A stretch of DNA of 64,000 nt from Takakia lepidozioides (lineage: Eukaryota > Plantae > Bryophyta), in the NCBI GenBank assembly GCA_030704615.1, contig CM060734.1, positions 28,954,001 through 29,018,000 of the forward strand. The letters are read 5' to 3'. The first letter of the stretch is position 1. Each line of letters begins with the position of its first letter. Both the position numbers and the translations under genes were made by a program. Shown here piece by piece: positions 52,915 to 63,459 of the stretch. Under the pieces are notes generated by a model that worked only from the letters and a program-made list of their open reading frames with translations, was not told the origin of the DNA and did not search any database.

Positions 52915-54262
52915 AGCTCACTGGTCACAGCCCGTCACAGCCCCATAGGCCTCAGGGCACAGCCTGTCACAGCCCCGCACAGCCCGTCACAGCCCCAAAG
53001 GCCACTGGACACAGCCTGTCACAGCCTGACACAGCCCGTCACAGCCCCACAGGGCACAGGGCACACCCTGTCACAGCCCATCACAGCCCATCACAGCCGG
53101 TCACAGCTTGCCACAGCCTGTCACAGCCTGTCACAGCCCCACAGGCCACTGGGCACAGCCTGTCACAGCCCGTCACAGCCCGTCACAGCTCGCCACAGCC
53201 TGACACAGCCCGTCACAGCCCCACAGGGCACAGGGCACAGCCTGTCACAGCCCCTCACAGCCCGTCACAGCCCCAAAGGCCTCAGGCACGGCCTGTCACA
53301 GCCCGTCACAGCCCCAAAGGCCACTGGGCACAGCCTGTCACAGCCTCGCACAGCCCGTCACAGCCCAAAGGCCACTGGGCACAGCCTGTCACAGCCTGAC
53401 ACAGCCCGTCACAGCCCCACAGGGCACAGGGCACACCCTGTCACAGCCCATCACAGCCGGTCACAGCTTGCCACAGCCTGTCACAGCCCGTCACAGCCCG
53501 TCACAGCTCGCCACAGCCTGACACAGCCCGTCACAGCCCCACAGGGCACAGGGCACAGCCTGTCACAGCCCCTCACAGCCCGTCACAGCCCCAAAGGCCT
53601 CAGGCACGGCCTGTCATAGCCCATCACAGCCCCAAAGGCCACTGGGCACAGCCTGTCACAGCCTGACACAGCCCGTCACAGCCCCACAGGGCACAGGGCA
53701 CAGCCTGTCACAGCCCATCACAGCCCATCACAGCCTGTCACAGCTTGCCACAGCCTGTCACAGCCCGTCACAGCCCCACAGGCCACTGGGCACAGCCTGT
53801 CACAGCTCGCCACAGCCCGTCACAGCCCCACAGCCTCAGGGCACAGCCTGTCACAGCCCCGCACAGCCCGTCACAGCTCGCCACAGCCTGACACAGCCCG
53901 TCACAGCCCCACAGGGCACAGGGCACAGCATGTCACAGCCCCTCACCAGCCCGTCACAGCCCCAAAGGCCTCAGGCACAGCCTGTCACAGCCGTCACAGC
54001 CCCACAGGGCACAGGGCACAGCCTGTCACAGCCCATCACAGCCCATCACAGCTTGTCACAGCCCGTCACAGCCCACAGGCCACTGGGCACAGCCTGTCAC
54101 AGCCCGTCACAGCCCCACAGGCCTCAGGGCACAGCCCGTCACAGCCCGTCACAGCCCCAAAGGCCACTGGCACAGCCCGTCACAGCCTGACACAGCTCAT
54201 CACAGCCTGTCACAGCTTGCCACAGCCCGTCACAGCTTGCCACAGCCTGTCACAGCCCCACA
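52915..54262. repeat. ~1.35-kb minisatellite of ~10-bp units (GCCTGTCACA / GCCCGTCACA) with higher-order blocks, in the 5' leader of the DNMT element
   Basis: CACAGC recurs with ~10-bp period; larger blocks are reiterated. Confidence 0.97.
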
Positions 54263-55798
54263 CATGGCCGCTCTGGCAGTTTAGCCATTTCTCCAAGGGG
54301 TTTAGCCACGCCAAGCTAGGGTTTGTGTCTCTTGGACTCTAGGCTTCTTTCCACCGAGCTATGGTGGCTGTGAGGAAATCAGCAAGGTATCCTTGCTCTT
54401 TCGGCTCCCACACACCACCATAGTAGCCCTAAGCCATGAGGTGGTTGCCACAAACCAAGCCTTCTTTCTCACTTAGCCTCCCCAAACACGCCACTAAACT
54501 CAATGGCAAACAACCAAGCCCTGCTGGTTCCCAGCCCTTGTGAGCACTCATTCAAGCACTCCCCTCATTGGCCATAGCATCTGTCTTAGAGCCTATTCCA
54601 GCCCTCTACAACCTGTTGCTTCAAGAGTTGCGCTCCTTCAAGCTTGAAGTTGAAACCCCAACTCACATAGGCCCTACAAGTGCTGTTCTTTCACTCCAAG
54701 TGGAAACCAGCCCTAGACCTTCCGTTCTAGCTCTCTAAGGCTTGAAAACAAGAGCCTCAATGGGCTGAAGGCATGCTCCACACATGCCCCACTCTCACCA
54801 TAAGAGAATCAGCTCCTTTGCTTCATTTCTTGCACCCACAAACCTGAAAAATACAAGCTTCAGCAGGCTGAAAGCATGCTCTACATGCCCTACAGGGAAA
54901 CCAGCCCCTTCCTTCATTCCTTGCACTCCCACACCTAAAAGTGCAAGCCTTCACCAGGCTGATAGCATGCTCCACACATGCATTGCCCTCACATAAGGGA
55001 AGTTAGCCCTTCCCACTTCCTTGCTTGCCCTCCAAGCTTGAAGATGGAAGCTTCAATGAGTTGAATACATGCTCCACACATGCAACCTCTTCACACAAGA
55101 GATATCAGCCCCCTATCTTGGCTCCTTGGCTCCTTGATGCTCTCTAAGACAAGACTAAGCACTCCATAGCCTTTGCCAAGCTCCTGAAACCCTAAGGCTT
55201 ACATTTCCAGCCACAAGACACTTCTCTTGTGGTGCAAGAGCTCTTCTTCCAAGCTCTGAAACCCTAGGTGCACATTCCATGGCCTTGCCGCACCTCTTAG
55301 CTCCTGTTCCAGCCCTGCTCTTGCCATGACAAGAGCCCTCTCAATGCTGAAGCTCGAGATTGAAACCCAATCTCACCATACTCCACAAAGTGCACTGATT
55401 TGCCCCAAGCCAAATCAGCCCTTTCGCTTGGTCTTGCAATCCTTCACACAATGACAGCTCGCATTCCCAAGTCCAGTTCTCAGCTTTGCCACCAAAGCCA
55501 CTATAACCTGCTCTTGACTGGTCCTCTTCCCAATCGTGCTTGCTCATGCATGTACACAATCTGGAACCATCAAGGTGCTCTGGAATTACCTGCAGCATGG
55601 TGCTTTCATCTCTGAAGCTGAAGATCGAATGCCAAGGTCTACCACCTCGTAACCCACATCGCCTCCGCTTCTAACAACTAAGAGCTCCACGGTGCTCCTT
55701 GCATAACAACTTGGTTTCTCTCATTCTCAAGCAAAAACCACAAGTGCTACAACTAACTCGTATCTGGCACTCACAGATACGAGCTGATCTTTCTCGAG

Positions 55799-56125
55799 TG
55801 ATAAAGAAGAAGAATACAAGCACAAGCTCATGCGAGCTCACAAAGCTGAAGCATAAACTCATGCATATATAACCTCATCACTCAAATACAAGTCAAGCCA
55901 AGTGCACCCCACGCCATGGGGAATCCACACTACGGCGCCATAGCTAGGCGCGGTGAGGCTCAACTCGAGAAAGATGAGCCTCCCGCGCTTGCCGTGAAGA
56001 TAACCACTCCAGGGCCTAAATCTGCCTTGACCCCTGGATTGACACTTGGGCCAATCCCAAATGTCAATATGTAAAAGATAGCTATTTCCTAGCTAGTTTC
56101 ACACTAGTGGTAAAATAACTTGACA
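55799..56125 (-). repeat. 5' terminal repeat X1 (327 bp) of the DNMT element
   Basis: Essentially identical to 44118-44444 (one substitution noticed by eye); no Y copy at this end. Confidence 0.93.
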
Positions 56126-56199
56126 GTGGTAATTTGTATCTTGTGCATCCCATCATGCACAGTTAGTAACTGGGAATTCCAGTCATGGAATACCTTGGC

Positions 56200-58998
56200 C
56201 TATTTCAGCCACGGACGTCCCAACAATAAGGAGTAAGCTTCCATGACTTCATCCATTTTCAACACAGTTACTGTGATCATAAAGATCATTTTTTGAATCT
56301 GTATCTTAACTCCTCTTATCAATCCCAATGGCTGTACACTTCTTTGATCTGCCATTGTTACTGTAAATGGGGCTGGTTTCATGATACTTAGACCAAGCTT
56401 CTGCCTTAATTGGTCTGTCATGATATTCACTCCAGAGCCTCCATCTATCAGTACATCAGTTAGTTCTGTGCTTCCAATTCTCAATTGGATTACTGGCATA
56501 GAATCATCAAAGTCTATGACTGTTTCTCGCCCTTCCGGCTTCACATTATAACTGGTCACCTTGATGTTCAGGTCTGTATTCCATGTCACATGGGCAATTC
56601 GATTGATTGCTTGATACAGCCTGTGTCTACAATAAGGTGCCACAGCCAATAGCTGTCCAATGGTAATCTCCGCTTTGGACTGGCATATTACTTCAGCCAA
56701 AGTTCCTTCATTACTCTGCATGTCTGCAACTTCTTTCTTCCCTTCATCCTCACTCCCTTCCTCTTCTCTTTCAGAATCAGAGGAATCTGCCATAGGAATA
56801 TCAGTACTCTTCTGCATTTCCCTTATGGTATCTGCCACTTCCTTGTGCAGTTCCTTCTCATCTCTCCAAGCCTCATCATCTTCAAGCACATCACTCCCAT
56901 CTCCATTATCATCACCTTCCTCATCTACTGGAGGTATTATTTTGGCTTTGCTTCTCGTTACTATCATTGTACTTACTTCTGGTACAACACATGGCCTAAC
57001 CATGTGAGCTGCCACCACTGGCCCCTCATCCACAGGAGCTCTCATCTCATTCTGGTGTCTGATCCAGAATGGACAGGCTGCCTTGCGATATCCTGCCTGA
57101 TTACAATAGTAACACAGTTCTTCCCCACTAGGTCCTCGCCCCTCGTCTGTTCTGGGATTGTTTCTGTAGTCCTGATTCCCTGGCTGGTAATTCCCCCTTG
57201 GATTACCCTGATAGTTACCTCTGGAATTTCCTCGGTAATTCCCTCTTGGATTACCTCTCCCTTCCATGCCATTGTTATAACCACCAGGCCTACCATAGTG
57301 GTCCTGATCACTGTTTCTTCTTGGCTGGGGCTGCACTTGATGCACCCTTACTTGCCTAGGTTCTCTAGCTGCTGTCCTTCTGTTGTAGTAACAATTCTCA
57401 GTAGAATGATTATCCATTTTACAGATAGTACAGTGTTTCTCCTTCATGTGGCATTCAGTGGTGGTATGGCCTTCATTCTGGCATTTTGCACACCAAACAC
57501 CCTTCCTCCAATGTGTTGCAGCCTCTGTGGCATACTTCTTCAAGATTTCTTCTAATCTTTTCTCATAGTTATTCCTCTTTAACTTCTCCTTCCTCTTACT
57601 TTTCCTTTTCAGCTCTTGCTCTTCTTCCTCATCTGACTCATCCTCAGAGTCCTCATCATCCATTTTCTCTCTTCTGAGCATTCCCAATTGCTCAATTATG
57701 TTCGCTGTTTCAAATGCCTTCTCCACTGTATTATGGGGTAACATATCCACTTTCTTTTGCAACTCTGGTCTTAGTCCACTCACAAACCAAGTCTTCTGTA
57801 AACCTGGTGCTGGTACAACAACCAGCTTTTTCATCATCAATTCCATCTTTTCCATATACTCCTCAACAGTTTCATGCTTCTTTTGCTTTAACTGTTGTAA
57901 ACTTCCATACACTTCATCCTCAGTTTTACTTGTCCTGAACCTATTTCGGAATGTTGTATTCAAGCCATTCCAGGTTAGGAAATGATTATCAGGGAATCTT
58001 GCATACCATTCACTTGCTTTCTTTATAAGTGAACAAGGAAACAGTCTCATCTTGGCATCATCGTCATTCTCATTGTTCACAATACACATGTGCTCAAATT
58101 GGCTAATGTGTACATCAGGATCCCATTTTCCTGAATATATTGGAAAAGGTGGTTTTGCCCGTGTTGGTTGTAACGCCATCTGTGGCCCTACCTTCTGCCC
58201 ATTGACAAATTTTGGCCCCCTTGCTGGTGCTGGTCCTTGAGGACCTGTTGTAGTTGTGGTGGAACTTCCACCAAGTGCTGGCCCCTGAGCACTCCCTGCT
58301 ACTGGCCCCACTATATTCACAGTATTCCCAGCTCCAGTTGCACTACTTCCCACACTCCATGTCCCCCCAGAGCCAGATCCAGGCTGCCCGCCTGATCCCC
58401 CTTCGTTGGCTTGTGATCCAAGTGCTCCACTTGATCCAGGTCCAACGGGTTGGGATGTCCTGGTTGTAGTCTCAACCTCAGCTGTTGGGTCTACTTCTTC
58501 ATACTCTTCCTCTTCCAATTTCTTCTCTCTGTTTTCATCCTCCAAGTTCTGCCCTTGGGTTTCTTCTTCACTCATATAACTCAACTGCAATGGTGTTGGA
58601 GAGTCTGAACTCTCCGTTGGCTCTGCCACATCCTCTCCTCCTTCTTCATCTTCCGTCTCAGAAACTGGAGTTCCTGCTTTTGGTGTTCCATGCCAACTCT
58701 TATCAAATCTTTCTGTCAAATCTTTTATCCAAGGATGTACCTTAGATCTTTCATCTCGTGGTTGATCTTCTTCCTGTACCAATTCCCTTAATCTTTCTTG
58801 CAAAGAAAAAGAAGGAGTGGCATCCAACTCTAGTTCTTCCGGTATGGGTGATGTACTCTCTGATCTTAATGGTGTGAGAGGTCCAGATGATTCCCCTATG
58901 TCTATTCCTCTCTCCCAAAGATATGGATAATTAGCTTTCAGATAACTTTCTCTTTTTGCTGAATATCTCTGGAGTCTAGCTTCTCTTTCATCACTCAT
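56200..58998 (-). CDS. Host gypsy Gag-protease (932 aa to an in-frame TAG)
   Basis: Retrotrans_gag-like core (DPDVHISQFE..LFPCSL..WY), CCHC-type knuckles (CAKCQNEGHTTTEC, CTICKMDNHSTENC), protease VLIDGGS..LLGRPWL. Confidence 0.93.
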   Translation of the reverse strand: MSDEREARLQRYSAKRESYLKANYPYLWERGIDIGESSGPLTPLRSESTSPIPEELELDATPSFSLQERLRELVQEEDQPRDERSKVHPWIKDLTERFDKSWHGTPKAGTPVSETEDEEGGEDVAEPTESSDSPTPLQLSYMSEEETQGQNLEDENREKKLEEEEYEEVDPTAEVETTTRTSQPVGPGSSGALGSQANEGGSGGQPGSGSGGTWSVGSSATGAGNTVNIVGPVAGSAQGPALGGSSTTTTTGPQGPAPARGPKFVNGQKVGPQMALQPTRAKPPFPIYSGKWDPDVHISQFEHMCIVNNENDDDAKMRLFPCSLIKKASEWYARFPDNHFLTWNGLNTTFRNRFRTSKTEDEVYGSLQQLKQKKHETVEEYMEKMELMMKKLVVVPAPGLQKTWFVSGLRPELQKKVDMLPHNTVEKAFETANIIEQLGMLRREKMDDEDSEDESDEEEEQELKRKSKRKEKLKRNNYEKRLEEILKKYATEAATHWRKGVWCAKCQNEGHTTTECHMKEKHCTICKMDNHSTENCYYNRRTAAREPRQVRVHQVQPQPRRNSDQDHYGRPGGYNNGMEGRGNPRGNYRGNSRGNYQGNPRGNYQPGNQDYRNNPRTDEGRGPSGEELCYYCNQAGYRKAACPFWIRHQNEMRAPVDEGPVVAAHMVRPCVVPEVSTMIVTRSKAKIIPPVDEEGDDNGDGSDVLEDDEAWRDEKELHKEVADTIREMQKSTDIPMADSSDSEREEEGSEDEGKKEVADMQSNEGTLAEVICQSKAEITIGQLLAVAPYCRHRLYQAINRIAHVTWNTDLNIKVTSYNVKPEGRETVIDFDDSMPVIQLRIGSTELTDVLIDGGSGVNIMTDQLRQKLGLSIMKPAPFTVTMADQRSVQPLGLIRGVKIQIQKMIFMITVTVLKMDEVMEAYSLLLGRPWLK

Positions 58999-59585
58999 GT
59001 CCCATGTCTTTCATTTCTTTAATGTGGCAATAACCAAAACTCTCTTCTGTAGTATCTCTCGTATATGCCTAAGTTTCTTTCAAGCTTCAATGCACCCTTG
59101 GCTATACTAGAAGTCTCCGTTACCATATAACCATATGGCAAACAAGTCTGGAAAGCTGTTCTTGGTGTGAGTTTGATCCACATAATATCCTTTGGAATCC
59201 AATTCTTTACCAATACAAGCTCCTCATGCATATGAGTATAAACATTCACCTTCCTTTCCTCCCAGCCTTCAAACTCTACTCGCTTAATGGATAGCAATGC
59301 TATCACATAAACCAGTGTTGGTACCAACGTGCTCTTCCGCTACAGGCCACCTGATAAATCTTTATCACTCCTTTCTCCAGACCCCACTCAGGGTCAGCAT
59401 CATGCACCCTCTTAAGAATGTTTTCTTTACAACCGTCTGGCAATTCCAAGAACCTCTGAAAGAATTGTTTGGACAATCTTTCCTTCTCAGTTTCACAGGG
59501 AATTTGATTCACATCAAATTCTTTAATTCTCCAACCACCATGATCCCACCAGATGCCTGTCACATCTGGTTGTTCATGACCAAGG

Positions 59586-59603
59586 TCCCCAGTATGGTCA
59601 CCA
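59586..59603 (-). promoter_or_regulatory. Primer-binding site TGGTGACCATACTGGGGA (resembles the tRNA-Arg-type PBS of Tat/Ogre elements)
   Basis: Begins with TGG 2 nt after the 5' LTR; the tRNA identity is inferred from resemblance only. Confidence 0.7.
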
Positions 59604-59605
59604 AA

Positions 59606-60559
59606 TGTCGAACGGCTTTTACTCACCCATCCCTTCGCTATCCGAGGTGGAAACGCCAAGATAGAAGAGTTGGATATCTCTAAGCACTCAGCCCGCTCAG
59701 TACTATCAGTCATGACCTGCAGCTAGTGAATCATGGTTGTGCTTCCCATTTGTATTCCTTCTTGCCTTCATGTTATCAATTTACCTTATCTGATACTGAA
59801 GCATCAGATTGCTTCAGTATCTACTTAGTTCCAGTTAATCATGCATTCATTTCACAGCTTCACTCATGTCTCTCTACACAGTGTGATTGTATCGAATAAA
59901 TATCAGATTATGATTTATCAGGTATCAGGCCAATGCCATGGTAACTCTAATCTACCCTACAGTATCACTACAGCTCTGCATGTAATAAGCATCTACTGTT
60001 CATCTTTCCTCCTTCTCTGCGCTCTCCTTCTTGCTCTCCGCCTGATCTCCTCTTTTCATGACCAAGAAGCGCTCCCCGTGAAGTCCCCTTCTTTCCGTTG
60101 CCGCTCTCCTTATCTACCCGCAAGCTGTTCTAACCACCTAACTAACTAACTGTCATCCCTGAAGTAACACGTTCCCTCTGCAGATGTCGTTCCCTCACAG
60201 TCGTTCCCTGTCAATGATAACTGTTCCCCATGTACTGTGACAGGCTGTGTCAAGCTGTGCCGAGCTGTGACTGGCTGTGTAAAGCTGTGTCGGGCTGTGA
60301 TTGGCTGTGCGAAGCTGTGGCGGGCTGTGACTGGCTGTGTAAAGCTGTGTCGGGCTGTGACTGACTGTGTTAGGCTGTGTCGGGCTGTGCAAAGCTGTAG
60401 CGGCTGTGACTGGCTGTGTAAAACTGTGTCGGGCTATATAACCCCCCTAAAGCCTGCTGCTGCCACCCCTAAAGCTCCTGTTGGTCTCAGTCTGCGCAAA
60501 AATTAAGGGTACCCCACAGATTTCGTAAAAGCTTCTAAGTCCCAAGCAGCCCTCTAACA
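59606..60559 (-). repeat. 5' LTR of the host gypsy
   Basis: TG...CA ends; longer than the 3' LTR because it has more GCTGTG units. Confidence 0.93.
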
Positions 60560-60564
60560 GTTCG

Positions 60565-61880
60565 CTTACCATATCAACCCCAAAACTCTAGTTCTGATCT
60601 TGGTTTCTCAATCCCAAACCCTCTTCCCTCGTTTCAATCATACCCCGGTGAGAATATGCAATTGGTTATCTAAGTTCAAAGAGTTTGATCCCCAACCACC
60701 TCTTACCGTACCTGTCTTGTCCTGGGTTAATGCCTCCACATTCGTGTGGATCCTGGGAAGACCTCTGGCGGACCTCCAGCTGGACCCCAAAGAATGGGAA
60801 TGGGCCTTTGGCCGCACTGCAACACTACACCCCCAAGAAGGCTTATAGGGCTCTTAACATCCAGCCATCCCTCTCCACTAAGTGCAATAGCAAATGGAGT
60901 CACTTTGGATTCTTGAATGAGAACTGGTCAGCAATCTGGTCTTCTATCTGGCTAAAAATTAGGCCTGCCAAGATCTCGGCGTTTTTATGGCAAGTAGTGA
61001 ACAGAGCCCTAAAAGAGGGAGAATGGTTGCAATTCCTTGAAGCTTTACTGTGTCGATGCTGCTCCTCGGGTATCATTGAAACTCATGAGCACTGCCTTCT
61101 TGCCTGTATAGCTCTAGCCAAAATCTGGCCCTTCATCAAGGTCTTCTACAGACATTGGAGCCTCTCGGCCATTGGCCCTCTGGATCTGCTACTTAATTAC
61201 AACAAAACAGCCAGGGCCCGATCCTTTCCATGTCCGGTCTTCGAGACTCTTTGCGTATCTACGCTATAGCACTTATGGCGTGCTAGGTGTAAAAAGACCT
61301 TTAGCAAGGAGACAATCAGTACCTCCGCTTTGTTGGCAATGGTGTACAAAGACCTTTTAACGGAGTCGAAAAAAACTTGGGCAAAATGTGTTGCAGATTG
61401 TCACATAACCCCCAGGCATGCGCCAACAATCCATGCAACATTCAAAGCGACATGGGCCTGCCATGGCATCATTTATCAAAGCGACGAGCAAGAACACTGT
61501 GTTTGGAACGCTCTCCCCCCTCAGCGCTGGAGAGACCTTAGAGCTCCACTCCACGGCCTCGCCGGAATTTGAGAGAGACGTGAACTGGAAACACGTCAAG
61601 CACCCCGCCACTACTTCCAGGCTAAATTTCCATTAAAGCGTAGCTATAGATTAGCTCCTCAGTAATCTCAGCTGTAAGCTTAGACATTTTTTGGAAGTCT
61701 CTCAGACAGGGCTAAGCTGTTTCGAGAGGTCCTCTCTCTATGAGCACACTGCTGCACTTTAGCAGCAGGTATTTGATCACCCTTCACTGACTACAGTGTG
61801 TAGCCCTCATGGCGCAAAAAGGGGTTTTATTACTTTCCCCATAATTTTGGAATAAATGCAATATTTCTTTTTTTAATTAA
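60565..61880 (+). mobile_element. 3' continuation of the LINE interrupted at 35303 (zf-RVT, 3' UTR)
   Basis: RPAKISAFLWQ..CRCCSSGIIETHEHCLLAC; homologous to 27974-28921. Confidence 0.88.
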
Positions 61881-62639
61881 AAAATGTACCCTTTATTACT
61901 TTTAAATGTTTTCTAATTTTTATCTTTTGTGAATAAATTGCACCCTATATTTTTTTGCACGTCGGTTGGAAATTTTTGGAAGTGACCTCCCTGGGGATTG
62001 GCTTGCTGAGGACAGGTGTGCCCGAGTGGGGAGCAGTCGCGCTTCCGGAGAAGATGAGGGAGGGTCGGGGCCGATGGGGTTGTAAGAAGGCTGGTGCTGA
62101 TCTGTGAGCCTTCAGAGCTCGATGGCCTCGTTCTGTTCATGTACCTCGGCTTCCAGTGTCGCATGGAGGAGAGTAAATGAAGAATGAATAGTGTCCCTTG
62201 CCCAAATGGTTGCCAAGTTGGTGGTGGGGGGCTGGTCGTAGTGGGGAAGATGAATCCAGAGGCCCTTGCCTTCAGGGTGATTTCCGAGCAACGCTTTTTC
62301 CTCGATTAGTGCTAGAATCTGGGTAGATGGAGTAAGATCCGAAACCAGGCCTGGATACTGTTCAATGTAGGCTCCCCAGGTGATGACTGTGTGGGCCTGC
62401 AATGTATAGCAGGGATGCCTTGGCGTGAGCCTGGTCGCGTGAGCGCAGCTGCGCTCACGCCATGTCACCTTGTGCCCACGCCACATCACCAATCTCACTC
62501 CACGTCATCACGCTTAAACGCCACGTCACCGCGCGCCAAGGAAGAAGTGGAGTGTATTTCCGTGGAAGAGCACCCTTAACCGTGGTAACAAGTTGGACGA
62601 CATAATAAAAGGATGTGGTCATTCCCACATGAAAGCAAC

Positions 62640-63000
62640 AGATGAATGCGGTATGGATGCATGTAGCGTGGATGAAACATTGATGGATGGGTGCGAACAA
62701 TGCATATAGATGGATGAGATTTCAATGGATGAATGTATGATTGATGAATGTACAATGGATGTTGAACAATGGAAAACATTCATGAATGGAGGATGCATTC
62801 ATACACAGTACATGAATGCACAATGTATATGACATGAGTGTGTGGGGTTTGTAAGATGGATTCGAGAGTGCAGTGGATGAATGTACAATGGATGTTGAAT
62901 AATGGAAAACATTTATGAATGGAGGATGCATGAATACAGTGTACATGAATGCACAATGGATTTGACATGAGGTTGTGGTGTTTTTGGGATGGATTCATGA
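62640..63000. repeat. Degenerate tandem repeat (~130-bp units built from ATGAATG/ATGGATG)
   Basis: GATGAATGTACAATGGATGTTGAA.AATGGAAAACATT.ATGAATGGAGGATGCAT occurs twice, at about 62743 and 62876. Confidence 0.8.
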
Positions 63001-63459
63001 AGATTGCCATTTCATTCTGAGTGGATTCTTTGCTCCTTTTTCTTTCTGCCGGAACATCTGCAATAAAGTAGGGGAATTCAATCTTTTACGGAGAGGATGA
63101 GAACTGAACACTAAAAATGCGTAGTTCAGAGTCAGTACAATGTATCCCCGCGTCCTCTGCATCCAAGTCCAAGTATTTTAGAACTCCGGATCTACGATGG
63201 CTACACCTGCGGTCGGGCAATAAAAAGTCAGGGGAGAGAGCCTCGGCCATTTGAAGTGCCATTGCTTTGGCATACACAGGAAGCACAAAAGTGGAAAGGG
63301 GGCTGTCGAAAACAGTCTCGCCACAAATGGGGGTGTCTCCTGAAGATCCACCGCTGCCTTTCCTGCATGTCACAACAAGAAATAAGTTATTACTGCAAAT
63401 TTGATGTCTGCGATTGAAAAGGGCACCCAAAGTGGAATGACAATTCCATTGCAGACTTA

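Larger units (their letters stand above)
43929..56125 (-). mobile_element. Ty3/gypsy retrotransposon encoding a C5 DNA methyltransferase and PHD finger, with split direct repeats; 4-bp TSD GTGG
   Basis: TG/CA ends. GTGG at 43925-43928 and 56126-56129. Removing the insert restores the host frame (KIQITT|KKSSRL). Order: gag, Zn knuckles, protease, DNMT, RT, RNase H, INT, PHD. Confidence 0.93.
35304..60559 (-). mobile_element. Full-length non-chromovirus (Athila/Phygy/Selgy-like) Ty3/gypsy LTR retrotransposon, 5-bp TSD GTTCG, with a nested insertion at 43929-56125
   Basis: Paired LTRs 35304-36191 and 59606-60559; GTTCG at 35299-35303 and 60560-60564; PBS, PPT, gag-pro, RT-RNase H-INT and an extra 3' ORF. 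Lineage call is from motifs only. Confidence 0.93.

Noticed and set aside
52819-53619. 266-aa repetitive ORF (and 53930-54190)
   Set aside because: It is a translation of the CACAGC minisatellite, antisense to the element, with no sign of coding function.
43929-56125. Classification as a DIRS/Ngaro element because of the split repeats and methyltransferase
   Set aside because: It has an aspartic protease, an HHCC-DDE integrase, a PPT and a TSD, its MTase is C5-type, and no tyrosine recombinase motif was seen.
61913-62498. Short minus-strand ORFs
   Set aside because: No recognisable motif and interrupted by a stop; cannot be assigned.
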